Shown here piece after piece: positions 20,286 through 34,301 of a DNA stretch of 64,000 nt. The stretch's first letter is position 1; each line of letters begins with the position of its first letter. Under the pieces are notes generated by a model. That model was not told the DNA's origin. It searched no databases and was given only the letters and a program-made list of their open reading frames with translations. The translations under genes were made by a program, and so were the position numbers. This DNA is from Schmidtea polychroa (Eukaryota), in contig CM097887.1 of NCBI GenBank assembly GCA_044892525.1, forward strand, positions 111,268,397 to 111,332,396, given 5' to 3'.

Positions 20286-22973
20286 GGTTAATGATTACCT
20301 CCGTAAAACTGATAGATGGAACGAATATCCGTAAATAAATCAATCATCATGAGTAATGTAAAACTATAAATTCCCGGACAATGATTGTATATGTAGTCAC
20401 AATTACTTTTGATTTGCATGGACTTTAAAAACTTTAATTTATCTCAAATGTATACATTGAATGTATATATTGAAATATTACTAACACTTTCGCTAAATTT
20501 TATTTTATTCAACTTATAAAATGAATTAGGAATGTTTCATTGTAAATTTCAGATATTTATTAATCATTTATCTCTTTATTATTTTAGCCTAAAAGGCCTT
20601 AAATTTAACGTTGTTCCTTTGGGGGTTTTTGTTCTACGAATATAGTGCTCATCAATATCGTATTTAAGATATGCTAATAAGATGTTAATTTCTGAAAAGA
20701 AATGAAGGCAACTAAATAAATGTTGAAAAAGATTTTACTTAAAACTTTTTAATTCACCTAATTATTCACCACTTTGGTGATAAAAATAAAGAATATGTAA
20801 AAATTCTTTTATTTGTTGGATTAAATAAATTTTTCATTCAAATTTTTGTGGGAAAAAAAATTTGGAAAAAGAAAAAACTGGAGAAAAAACTAGCGAATAA
20901 GATTCTTTGCCTTTTTACAAAATTAATCGATATTAATATATATATATTTGTACGCTACTCAGTGCTCATGTCAATAATTATTATCGAAATAAATGTGAAT
21001 AAATTAATTTTAGGTTTTCTTATTCATTTACACAAGAAACGGTAAAATCTTTCCCTGGATTTCACACCTGAATATAAACTGAATATAAACATGTCATAAA
21101 AGAATAGAAAAATTGATATAATTGGATTCCAAATAATGCAAATGATATAATAAAATCAACCTTATGAAAAGTGAAATATAATTTAAGGCGACAACAGATG
21201 AAATCAATTAGCAATTTTGTCCTGTGTTATTTTCGAGAGATTCATTGTTGACGGTGTCGAGAATTTCAGGGAAATTCATTAACAAGCAATTCGCAAATTG
21301 AAATAAATATGTGCCATGATTTGATTTGTTGATAAACAATTTGGCATCATTTACTGACAATTTTTATTTACCAGTCAGAATTGAGATGAAAATGATAATT
21401 TTCTCCGCACGCGCTCCATTATCATAATTGATATTCACTCGTCAATTTCACTACATCTCAGCAAATTTAATCACAGTTCAATTTGCTCTCATCCTAACAT
21501 TAATGACCCATTGAAAAATATTACCAACTCAAGATTAACCGTTACTAAAACCGATACGCTTGGACAGCTGTACAAATTAATCACTTTGGTTAGGAATCGG
21601 TTTGGCATGCGATAAATTTAGTAATGTTTTCCAGTTTATTTATGTGCTACTAGAGATTACGGGGGTCTGAACCTGTGACCAATAAGAATGAAGAAGATTT
21701 GCAATATTTTGTAATGCTCGACAGTAATTAAAAATAAACATAATTAATCGGAATTGTAAAGCTTAAAGGAAAGAGTATTTTTGGATTTTAAGATTTTTAG
21801 AATCTATTTCAAGAATAACTCAAACGAACAAGAACATGTGACTTTTTGAGCCCTTGTAAATAAAGAGAATATTCTTGAGAAGTCTTGGTGAGTCCAGATT
21901 TATATTTCTTATGTCCTATGCTAACAAATAATTGAGATATTAACAAGTGTCATGATTTTCCAATGCAACAATCTTTTATAGTCTGTAAATAGGCAACGCA
22001 TTTGTTTAATCGTTTATTGGATATAAAAAGGTAAGATAATCATTGCTATACAAATCGTCCAATAGCGATTAAAATCCTTATCGTTGTCAAACTATTGAAA
22101 AGTAAATAGACTATATAAAGCGGCAACCTTTAATTGCCAAAGGTGAATTTTATTCGCCTTTTTAATCTCCAAGGTAGCATATTATTTAGCGTAATGGTAA
22201 ATCTGACACTGATGATTATGTTTGTATTTTACCGACTAATGACGACTAGAAATTGATATGACAATGTTATCTAATAAAAAGTAATATCAAACAGGTTTGG
22301 AATATTTTAAATGAATTACAGAATAATTATTTTATAAAAAAGTGAAAATCTAATGAAAAACAAATTGTTTAATATGACATTCGATTATTAAAGGTATTTC
22401 ACATTGCTGCTAGAGATCACTGGAATTCTATCACTGTTTATCAAATGATTATCAACAAAAATACGAATTGAGAAATTGGATAATTAACAATTAAAATATT
22501 TAGAAAGCGGTATGAAAAAGGAATATGAAATCAATACTAATCGGATTTTAAAAGATCGACTTTAGAGGAAATGGAACGAATGCTCGGGGGGGGGGGGGAA
22601 TTTTTATTGTAATATCAATAAAATGTGATTTATAAAACCGCGTTCTAAAATCAAGTCGCACATTTCATTGATTGATAAATGATGTTAATATTCAACAGTA
22701 ATATAACAATATCCAACTATTAATAAATAGAACATGAAATCAATAAAAAATTTTAATCCGTTTATCGTCATTTCTTTTATATATATATATTTTAGTCAAT
22801 GAAATAGTACAAATTAATTTAAAATGAATAAAACTTTTTTCAAAAAATCAATGAGTATATTCCATCGTTGATTTTTTTCAATTTTATTTCGTTTGGCCTA
22901 TAGATCAATATTTTGTTTCATATTTAACCAATAAATTTTCTATAAAATATAAAATCAAAAAAAAAACAATTTA

Positions 22974-25900
22974 TTACCTGTAATCGTAAACCGGTTGCAA
23001 AGAGATGTGATTTGATTTGACAGCAGAATTATCAGCGCAGCCGATGCCAACACTTCCTCCTGAAACAGCAGTAGATGTGCAAAATGGTTCCTGAGGTGCC
23101 AATACAGGCATTGAAGGGCTCGAATGATTCCAAGATGTGGGCACAGCTGCGGTAGCTGTTGCCGCCACCAAAGACGACGATTGTATGATTTTCGAGGACG
23201 ATTTGTCATGCTCAATGAAGCATCCGGGAACAAACAGCTCATTGATGTTTGATGAATCGGAAACCACATCGACCACATGATTAGCACCGTTACCAAGGGC
23301 ATTCATTGTACCAGTTAATAGCTGGCGTTGTGAAACTTTCTTATACTTGGAATTTTTGACGACGACCAAATCGAACTCATGTGGATCAATAAAAACGGTG
23401 GGATCACTGCCAACAAGATATGGGACTGGTAATTGAGTGAATGAATGATGATTAGTAGCTGCTGCAGAATCGGCATGGCCTCCGGCTGTCATCACTGATC
23501 CCACTGCGGAACCAGCAGCACCGTTGCCAACGCCTGATAATGGATCCCGCTGTTCTTGTCGCTGAAGGAGGCTGCTGATTTCATTGTGTGCTACATCAGA
23601 ATCGCTGTCGCTAGTGGACTGGGTCGGACTGAATTGTAATCCCGCTAGTTGCGGACGTGAACGGTGCTGGAGAGATGGCGGTGGAACTAAATTCACTCGT
23701 TCATTTGGACTGAATTCGTAATTAGGCTTGATAATCCCACAACAGCAACAACACGAGGAAGATGAACACGAGCAAGACAATGGCTGATTCTCATTGGTCG
23801 GCGCTTCAGTCACGCTAGAACGCTTTTTTATCAGCTTCAGCTTCAACAATCCAGTGGTCGGTCGGATGGACATATTCTGTGCACTCGGACTTGATCCAAC
23901 CGTCTCCATTGGCTGTTCTGGACTCGACATTTCTATCGATGAATTTTTATCCGATCGATCCTGGGGTTTTGTTGCCGCTAGCTTGAGAATCAATGGCGGT
24001 CTTTCAGGCGTTGCAATTTGCTGGTGTTTAATTCGTTTCATTTTGCACGGTGATATTTTGCGATGTTTCATTGGACTCGTGCTGCTGTTGCTATTGCCGG
24101 CACTTGTATTGTTTGTCAATGCTGCTGAACTTCGTCGGTCTTCTTTCCGTGTACAGAATATCCGTTTGGTGCTGTTACTGCTGATGTTCGATTCTATGGC
24201 GTATTTCTTGGCTTGTCGCTGGATCAATGGCGGCGGTGGAGGAGGCGGTGGGGGTGAAATTATTCCTGGATTAGATTTTATCATCTTTGTCCGTCGTGTC
24301 TGCTTTATGGTTTTAGTTGTTATTTGTTTTGCTGTAACTTTGGTTCTGATAGGAATATTGATTAATGGCGGTGGCGGAGGGGGAGGATCAAGGGGCCGCT
24401 TGGTTGTTGTGGAAACGATTTTCATGTGAGACAGACTGATTTTAACTTTTATTGCTAGCCGTGGACTGGCAAATGACGAATATTTATCATTGGTTAACGG
24501 TTGCGAGTGGTTACAATGGGAATCCTGACTCATTTGCGGCTCTACAACGTTCCCGTGATTGTCGCTCTTAATTTTTCGAATTTTCTCCAAATATTTCACT
24601 GATCGTTTACTTCCGGCTGAATTCTGGTGGATTTGTTTGCACAATTTCGATTCTGAAGTCACTGAAATCGTACCGCTCTTTTTATAATTGGCCTTTTTGT
24701 TGAGAGATTTCTCTTTTCTTTTGTCCGGGAAATTGCCTACCTGTGCCGTTGGTAATTCCAATACCTTTGTCGATCGAATGACACTGGAATTTAGGATCCA
24801 CTTGTTGCGTTGCTTGCTCTTGCGTAGCCAAGAGGCATCCGGTCGATTGGAGGAACTGCTGAAATCTTGGATTGTCAAATTATCCTCTATGTTCGTCTGG
24901 AATGGCAGCATCAATTTCGGCGGGCAAACCTCATCAAACTGCGGTTCCTCGTGCTCCTCGTCATATTCCTGCATTAGACTGCTGCATGGACTGATTGATT
25001 GGCAACTTTCGAGAAATCTGTCGAGATTCGCCAATTGTGTTGGATCACGTTTGATTGGGCTTATATCGGCCAATAAATCATCCTCGGTCAGTTCATCTTG
25101 TTCGGATAGTCGAGTGCAAACTGACAATGGACGAGAATGGTGCTGAATTGCTGGCGCAGTTCCGGTGCCAGTCCTAGACTGCTGTGGTTGTGTTGGTGCT
25201 GAGGCCACCTCAGTCGATGGCAAGAAACATTTGAGTAGCGGTGTGAGAATCTCAGAATGATGCCCGAGATGAGCGTAGATTAATTGCATAACTCGTTGTT
25301 GTTCAACATTTGATGCGGTTGCGGAGGCAATTGATGAAGAAATGGTCCGTGATGGAGTGGAATCAACTAATGGCGATTGTCTGGCAATAACGACACAATT
25401 CGAACTAGGAATCATAGCCTGTTGTGAAGCCGAGATAGAATATCCAGTATTGATCATCTCGATGACAGTTGCATTGAAATATGTAACCGGCTCAATACTG
25501 GCAACCGCAGAATCCGAGCATAAATCCTCCTCAATGATCAATTGTGCATATTTCAGATCAAGGATTGTCACTAACTCATCCAATATATCATCGAATTCCG
25601 GTTGATTGGGAGGGATTGAATTAGCAGCGACGATTGAAGCATCAGACATAACATTGATTCCATGACAGAAGCTATCGATCGAGGCATTATCTAGACCAGT
25701 CGGAATAATGCAATATTGCTGTGCGTCTGATGCAATCCCATTGGTCAGCTCATTGACGAATGAGGACGCAGCTGAGTCATCATCACCACCACATTGGCCA
25801 GACATTTCCCATGCCATCAATACATTATCTTTGTTGTTATTGATATTGTTACAGCTGGCATTGTTGGAATTTTCTTTTTTCGTTGATTTGCTGGACCTTG

Positions 25901-26841
25901 AAGCGTTCGGTCGTGATTTGACAGATGATTTGCGATTTGTTGGTCGTTTAAAGGTTTGAATTTGATTAATATTGTTTTGAATCGGCTGAGTAGTTATTTG
26001 GTGCATTATCTGTCCTGTCGGTTGATATTGCAATGTCCTCGGCATTATTGGATGCTGAGGTTTCGGTAATTTAGGCAAAAGCTTCGGTAAATTCGACCCG
26101 TGAGATGTTGTTGTCATGATGGCAGATGAACGGATATTAGAGGCCGCTGTTGCATTAATCATGGATCCAGCATCATGACTCGTTGTTGTGCTGTTTGTTT
26201 GATTAGATCCACTATTTGGCATACTGAAAAATGCGTGGGGTCCAACGAGATATGAAATAGGATTATTGGATTGATTTGTTTGGCCCATCATTTGATTAGA
26301 TTGTGACACAGCAGTTTGAGTAGTTTCAGGTGTATTCATTAGCGGCATTATTACAATATTAGGTGGCATCATAGACTGTTGATATTGGGCAAATTGGTTC
26401 ATGTTGATTGGAAGAAATTGCATGGATGCCTGCTGATTGTTCTGCTGTGGAGTTCCGTACGAGCAGGATGAAATCTGTTGTTGCAGTTGTTGATCAATAT
26501 CACAATCAGATCGCTTTCGTTGTTCATTGCTTCGAATTGGGATGCAGTGTGAACTTGAAGGACGATTTGGAACCTGGCTAATTGGAGGGGTAGCTGGTAA
26601 GCTTCGAGTTCCAGATTGAACTTTACAGTCCGATGACATTAATGATAAAAAATCATCTTGTGGCGCTTCGGTTTTTGTTGGTTTGTTCGATCTAAATCTA
26701 TCAGAAATAACCAGCAACTATTTTCATATTAGTATACCCAGTAATGTTTGACATGTTAGAGTTACTAGAACAAACTATTGATTCATTTCTAATAGGAGCT
26801 ACCGTTGCTCGTAAAGGAGTTGTTTGGGATCTCACTGCGTT
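22974..26841 (-). CDS. Large low-complexity (S/Q/N/P-rich) probably nuclear protein; 3.7-kb exon plus an upstream 104-nt exon; gene ends uncertain
   Basis: 1247-codon open frame. A 40-nt intron (26698-26737) joins exon 26738-26841 in frame. Possible donor at the 3' end (AG|GTAATA). Basic clusters and poly-Pro runs. Confidence 0.8.
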
Positions 26842-27996
26842 CTAAAGAATTAGCATCAGAAGAATATCATTTTATATATTTAAATCAAACATTTATTTTG
26901 TCTTTCAATTTTCCATCAATTGGTTTATTTTTTTCAATATCGTGAATCATATCTGACAATATTTTCCCCATTTTATGCCCATTATTTGATTGCGATAAAG
27001 ATAAAGTAAGTTTACGATCATAATCATCTAATGATTGCGGTTATTTTCCCATTATTATATATTCAATAAATTACTTCTTTCTAATGCTGACTGAACTTCC
27101 TGAGCAAATTTTTCATTATCAATCATCCCAACATTAGTAGAAGTATATAATGTGGTGGTAGATGTGTTATCATCGTACGTCAGCTTATCTAATAAGTCCA
27201 TACAATTGTCATCATTTTGATTCAAGGAATTATTTAAGTTTTGCATATTGAAATCTAGAAATTTCTTCTAATCACATTAATAATAAAAAATTTATCTTAC
27301 CAAACTGTTGTTGAATATTATTCAAATGTATATCATCATTATTCATCTAGAAATGTAGAATATTAAAAATTAGTGTTAAACAGTGATGAATTAAATTAAA
27401 AATTATAATAAAACAATAAAAAACAAACATTAAATTACATTTTAGAAAATTATCACAATTTCAATTAATTAATATTAATATAAATATAATAATTATTTAA
27501 AGCTCCATTTTACACAAAGATTATTGCGCTTAAAATTAAAATAGTATAAAATAAACAAACAAAATTATTTTAATAACTATAACTTAGAATTAATTTTATA
27601 ATTGTTAATTACTTAAATATGTAATACCTTTTTAATTTACACTATTTTAAAATTTTTAATTTGATTGTTTTTCCTATTTATGAAAAAATAATCAAATACT
27701 CTGGTTACAAATTACAAAAATGTTTCAGATTGTGAAATCAAGATTAATATATTTCAAGATTAATAATATTTTCGATTCCTCTTGATTACAAAATTCCAAG
27801 TTAACTTAAGTTCCATGAAATTTTATGATGTATCCCATAACACAGCCATATGATCGGTAGCGGACTGGCAAATTTGAGCTGCCCGGGAAACCCCAAGTGG
27901 ACCGGCCTAAAAATAACAATATAATATAAAATAACATTTTAATATAATATTACATATAAATACATACTTAATAAAGAATAAATAAACAAAAGATTC

Positions 27997-28420
27997 TTAA
28001 CCATTTAAATATTTACTAATACCAGGAGCATTTTCTTTTATTTTATCTATTATTGTATAATTATTTAAATTAACCAAAATATCCTTCTCTATCGCCATAA
28101 ACATCAAAAACCGCAAATTATCTTGTGACAAGGAAGATCTGAATCTATTTTTTATAATTTTTAATTTGAAAAAACTACGTTCACAAGCTACTTGCGTCGA
28201 AGATAATGTTAAAATTAATTTATATGCAAAATAAACATTGCTGTATACCAGGGGTTTAAAACTCAAACTGGCCTGCGGGCCGCATTAGACTAGTATTATG
28301 AGCCGGCGGGCCGCAACATAAATAATTGTTTTTCAGAACATGTGGAGTCTGAAACTCCGACGTTAATATTTATTTAATTAAAAACTCAACAAAACTAAAA
28401 AAACATTTTTTTATTATTAA

Positions 28421-28461
<41 letters not shown>

Positions 28462-31029
28462 TGTATATGTATAACGTCATATGTATAAATAAAAATAATT
28501 AAAAAGATAAGTTTTAATTTATACAGCCAATTATGATTTTAATTGTTAAATAAGTTTGGTTAAATTACAAATCTATGTTTTTTCGTTGCGGGCCGCGTGT
28601 TTGAGACCCCTGCTGTATACTATGCTATATAAATTATATTTAGCCAAGAAATTAAAACAGCAATAAATACAATTTTTGCAACTCTTTTTGTTTTTGAGGC
28701 ATACTTCACTTATTATTTCTGAATCTGAATCAGTTAATTCATCGGTGTTATATATATCTTGCATAGATATTTTAAAGTCGTCCCATTTTGTCATTAAATC
28801 AGTTAATTCCTCCTTAAATTTGACCCTGTAACTGTTTTATGATATTTTACTAGTAATATACTGAGCTCTTCTAAACTGTTTTCTGAACATTTATTGTCGG
28901 TAAAATTTTTAGGGTCTAATATTGCCATGTCTGCATATAATTTTCCATGATTTTTAAAACGTTTTTTTATAGTATTTATTGTTGTATCCATAATTACGGT
29001 AAACGTGGATATTTTATATTTTTCGATTGGGTTTTGAAATTCATGATCTTCGGTTATTTCGTCAGGCATTCTCTTTCGTCGTCTAAATCTCTCTTCTGGT
29101 ATATCTTCTTCGACAATTATTTCACAATTTTCCTCTTCAAGTGGTGTATTCGCACGTTTAGCAAATGAATTTAACTTTTCTTTTACATTACTAAAATCAC
29201 GTGAAAATTTTTTTAAAGAATTTAATGTGGAAGTTACCATGTGATAAGCTGTTAAATAATTTAAATTGCTGGTTTGTAAATATTTAGATAACGGTCCAAT
29301 ATATTGAAAAACTTTTAAATAAATATGCGCTGTAAGTATAACTTTAAATTTCAATAAAGACTCCATTAGTGTTGATGCAGAGTGTCTAATTTGAGCATTG
29401 AAAGATACATTTGACACAAAATAATTTAAAGTTATCAATAAGTCTACATATAATGAGGTTTCTTTGTTATCATAATGCCCAAAAATTTTTTTAAGTGCTG
29501 TTTCTTTTGCTGACCATCTTGTTTCCCCTATAACGTTAAGTCTCTGATATTTACACTGGTGTTTTCCCAAACATCCATACGTTGATAAGATTCTCTTAGA
29601 AATACGGAACACGAGTTGAGTAATTGAAAGAGAGAAGTACTTTCAATTACCGAACATTTAGCATCTGTGACAACTAAATTCAATACGTGGGCATAACACT
29701 AAACGTGAATTTGACCAGGCGATTCTTTACTTAACAACTGGTGAAGCCATTATACTGTCTACGCCTGTTTGCTGCTCCGTCTGTCGAATTACCGATACAA
29801 TTTTTAATATTTAATCCACTGTTTTTAATAAAAGTACTAATTAAATTGCACATGTCTTTCCCTGTAGACGATTTGCAATTTAAAACAGCTACTACACGTT
29901 CATAAATATTTCCCTTTACATATCGGACAACAATTAAGCACTGATCCTTTTGTGTTATGTCCTGTGTGGTGTCAATTTGCAAAGAAAAAATACCTGCTTC
30001 CTGTATATCTAACAAAATGCTATCTTGAATTAATTTTCCACTGGCCAAAATTACCTGGTTAATAGTAGATTTTGAAATTAATGAAATGAAACTGCCTCTA
30101 CCTTTAGTTACCGCAGATGTTTCATTATTTTTCTTCTTTTCTTTGATGACTCTTGATAAATGTAATTTTAAAACAGCGTCATATTTAGAGAGTAGCAATA
30201 TTATTTCTAAAAAATTACCATGGTCTTCTTGATTATTTTCAAGTGAAAGTGAAGAAACAGATTCAGATCGGTGAGCGCGAAAAGCTAATCCTCTTTTTCC
30301 AATTAATTTTACAACATCTATAATTCTTTCCAATACTTGCTTTCGTTCAATAATATTTTTCTGACGTATGCTTCCTTCATTTGTTAACATTAAATTATAA
30401 ATATCTTTGCCTTTAGATTTGAGCATATGACAATTTACACAATTTTCATGAGTTTTACTATTTTCATGTTCTTTAACACGTTGCAAAGTGTGCCTTCAGT
30501 CCGTCATTCCACGATTTACAAACGAACTCTCGTTTGTAATATCACTGTAAGCCAAACACATGGTACAAAATAGAGCATTTTTTTCCAAACTATATGATAG
30601 CCAACGCCTATTTACTTTATCTTCTCTATAAAAAATTAAATTTGGTTTAAAAGGTAAATTAGTAATTTAATAATTTTGATTTCCTGGCCTTATGAAATAA
30701 TTATCTGATAAGAAATTAAACATTTTGTTTGTTGGTGTTATCATTTCATTATTGGCCTGGGTGGAAGTTGAAACTGAAGTTATTTCTTCGAAAATTGATG
30801 TTTCAACTTTATCTGCGCCAATGGGACACATAATAGTATCATCATTCCTCGAAACTGATGAACTTAAATCCAAATCCTTATTCAAATTTTCAATATCAAA
30901 TGCATTGATCTTAGAAGTTGAAGCAAACATATCACTTAATTTAAGAGTATTTTTAGCAGCTTCTTGCATGATTTTTTGTCACTTTTCTTTCTCTTTTTGA
31001 GCGCCTCCTTTAAATTTTCTTTTTTCCAT
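27997..31029 (-). pseudogene. hAT transposase, with stops, frameshifts and a MITE insertion
   Basis: Motifs GLAFRAH, DHGNFLEII, FSLQIDTTQD, GNSTDGAAN, ETRWSAK, and the C-terminal dimerisation motif TLSSTQVACERSF.KLKIIKNR. Confidence 0.9.
28249..28612. mobile_element. Non-autonomous hAT MITE nested in the transposase
   Basis: Ends CAGGGGT.../...GTTTGAGACCCCTG, perfect 8-bp TSD CTGTATAC (28241-28248, 28613-28620), internal (AAT)n. Confidence 0.92.
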
Positions 31030-32430
31030 TTTTTCTAAATAATAAACGTAAACAATTTAACAATATAATACAATAAGTATTTATTTAACCCATTAACGCC
31101 TAAACAAAAATTAATCGATAATTTATTCTTAAAGTTTGCATTGATAGTATACGCTTTAAGAAAATGAGATTTATCGAAAATGTATGAAAAGAACAATAAA
31201 TCATCTTACATATATATAGTTTATAAAATAATAATAATAATAATATTATATAATTAAAATAAAATGAACACTTCCAGTTGGATGCAGTATAAGTTAACAA
31301 TTTTGTTTAATACTAATAACACCGGTGGTCCTAAAGACATAAAGAAGCAGCGCGATAGTAACTCCGTATTTAATTTCAAAACATTAAATCTTATCTAACA
31401 AACAGACCGTCAAATAAGGAACTAAATTTAAAACAAATTTGGACCATTGATTCATTACTGTGTTTATATTAACAAGATAAAACGTGAGAAATATTATAGT
31501 CTTCCAATATTGTTTAATCTTTATCTTTCTTATCGTCCTCAAATGAATATGGCCGTTGTTAATGGGTTAATAACAGACACAAGGCTTAGACATCGTTCAG
31601 TGGATATTTTATGTTTTTTAAAATCCTATTTTATATTTTGTAACATGAAGTTGTTTCATCTTTGTTTATAGATTATTGTTGGTTTTCGAGTCTGTTATTA
31701 TTTTATGTACAAATGTATATACTTGTTATGTATGTATTTTTGATTTAAATGAAATAAAAAGATAAAATACATTTTGAATGATAAACCAAGTTACATATTT
31801 AACAAATTTGGAACCGATCTCATTGAATTTGTATGAATTTGTATTAGAGTAATTGATTCGTTATACGGCTTTTCGCTTTGCGGCCAAGTTTCGTAGAACG
31901 TATCTAGGCTGTAAAGCGAGGTATGGGTGTATTGTATATTGTTTCATTTATTTATTTTTTTTAATCAGAAGAAATAATTTAATAGTTTACATATCGCCGG
32001 CTTCGCGGCCTCTAATTCGACCGGCCCACCGGGAAATGTCCCGGCGTCCCGCCGGCCCAGTCCGCCACTGCATATGATACCGTATTAGAAAATTCATTTC
32101 TGTTGTGTGGAAACTATGTTTAATTAAATTTGTAAGTAATTCAAATATGAATATGAAAATATATGAAAATCGAATTTTATAATAAAAAATAAATTAAACT
32201 TATATATAAGGATAGACAAGCAACTTGTTCTGTGAAGCACTAGCGTAGGATGAATTAGTGGCAACACAGCGTTGTTCGAAAATTTTTATATTGACTAGCA
32301 TTTTTGACAAAATATTTAAAAATGTTATGAATCATGTGGGGTTGTAATCGTTGATCTTCATCAATAACCTTGTCTACATCTATAGAGCAAACTTATTTTG
32401 TTATAGTTACAATTTCTTCACAAATCATAA

Positions 32431-34300
32431 TGTTGGGTGCTTAGGGGTGAGCCGCGATGGTAGTTGTTAGGGGAAGTGAAAACTGCTCAGAGACTCCTTC
32501 CTAAACGCTCATTATGATTATTATCTGACTGCCACATGTGTACCCATGATATAGATCATGTTGGAGATGTACTCACGGGTTGGAATTCATGAGCATGTAA
32601 GCCGCTGCGTCAGAACTACTCCTCATGATATTCACTTTTCGGGTCCTAGAATACCGATAGAAGGACTTACATCTTACTTATTTTCTCATATCGAGATACT
32701 GACAAACCTCTGGTCCAGTTGAGGTCATCCTTAATCACTTTCTTTCTCTATTACACGACCATCAGACCGAAACATTTTTCAATTTCTTGACACCGATAAG
32801 ACAGACAAAAACATACGACATCAAAATTGTATTAAATTCACAGTACGTGAGATACTACATGGTCTTAACACATCCAACAAGTCATACGACAAAATTTACG
32901 ATATTAGTAGTAGATCAAAAGGATACATTTTGTCCGGATCAATTACAGTTAACGACGATAGACGGCCTGGGAAGTTATAATAGTTCCGCACCTTCCTTCA
33001 AGAGAGCAGCGATATCTATTTCCTACTGTGGGTCTCTGATCGGTGGAGTATTATAGGAGAGCACAACCCTATAATGAGGAGTACTGGGCAGTGCTTGGTT
33101 AGATGTAGATTCCTTTTTCACCGTACTAGGGACAGCAAACAACATTGCTTCCACGACAGCTATTTCATCTCGTCGTTTCTTTGAGCTCTCAGCACGAGTG
33201 AGGAGATTGCGCTTCCGAGAAGTTGGCTGATTAGGAACGGTGAAAGTGGTTATCGGAACTGTTAGTGATGTGGTTACGCTGGGTGGTTGAGCCAGGAACA
33301 CACTGGTTTCCATAAAAATGGCATCGGAGATAAGTGAAGGGGACATTTCGGGTCAGTGATTAAGGCAGATCGCCGTAGAAAGGACTCGAGTTTCGTCGGC
33401 ACGATGATGGACCGAAAAGACGTTTAACTTATCGATGACCGGAAACTCAGTGATTCGACTTTTTAACTCCGCCTCCGAACAAATGCTGTGGAGGGTCTCC
33501 GACTGGGCCTTGATAGTGAGTCGCTGACACCGACTCTCCTCTAGCAAACTGTCTCGACAGTGCTCTAAACACAAGATTTTTCTATTGGCCTTCTTCATGA
33601 GTGATGGGGAGAACCACGTACCTTCGAGTGCATCGATGCGCTTCTTCAGAGCCCCGAGATTGTCTTTCAGTTGCCGGATTGTCGGATTTTTATCTGCGCA
33701 CGAAAAACACGGCTTTGGGCCAGGCTTGGTAAGATTTGATTTGGACATTTATTAAAAATTTAGAAAGATATTTATAGGGTGAACGCGAATATCAAATGGA
33801 TATATAAGTGATCAGACATCTGGTCTATAAGTCATAAGCATATACAAATCGAACTTAACCCTACTTCTAGCATTTAAATTTTACACGATGGTCGGATTTC
33901 AGTGGATCTCCACCTCTTACCCTACTATCATCTCTGTGTATGTCTTGGAAAATTTTCCGAGCATGGGGACGAAATTTGATCGACGAATATAGGTGAACTT
34001 CTCGTTATTATTAAAGAAAAGGTTAATTAATCCAGAGGTTTAATTTGAATGATGATTAAATTTAAAAGTTATTTTAAATAATATTAGGGATAAATTAAAT
34101 GAACGGGTAGTCGGGGAAAACCTTCCTTCTTATTTAAATGAATATTTAAATTTAATTCAAGTATTAATTAGAAAAGTGATTCGATTCGAGAATTGGCTTA
34201 ATTAGTATTAGAGACGAATCAAATATATGTTTATCAACAAATCGAATAGACTAAATAATTGTTTAGGTGATGGATTCAAAGTAACATTAATTTTTATTGG
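32431..34300 (-). repeat. Partial LTR, second subfamily copy (terminus at 32431)
   Basis: Minus strand ends in CACCCAACA. Contains the conserved terminal block and the LTR-ORF homolog, and abuts the MULE at ~34302. Confidence 0.7.
32975..33748 (-). pseudogene. LTR-encoded ORF homolog, copy 2, with two in-frame stops (33353-33355, 33023-33025)
   Basis: ORFs 33353-33748 and 33023-33346 are in one frame. The frame continues EIDIAALLKEGAELL*, matching the C-terminus of copies 1 and 3. Confidence 0.85.
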
Positions 34301-34301
34301 C

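Larger units (their letters stand above)
27855..32070 (-). mobile_element. hAT transposon (ZMYM1/DUF4371-type), full length but decayed
   Basis: TIRs CGGTAGCGGACTGG / CCAGTCCGCCACTG and a perfect 8-bp TSD CATATGAT (27847-27854, 32071-32078). Confidence 0.93.
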
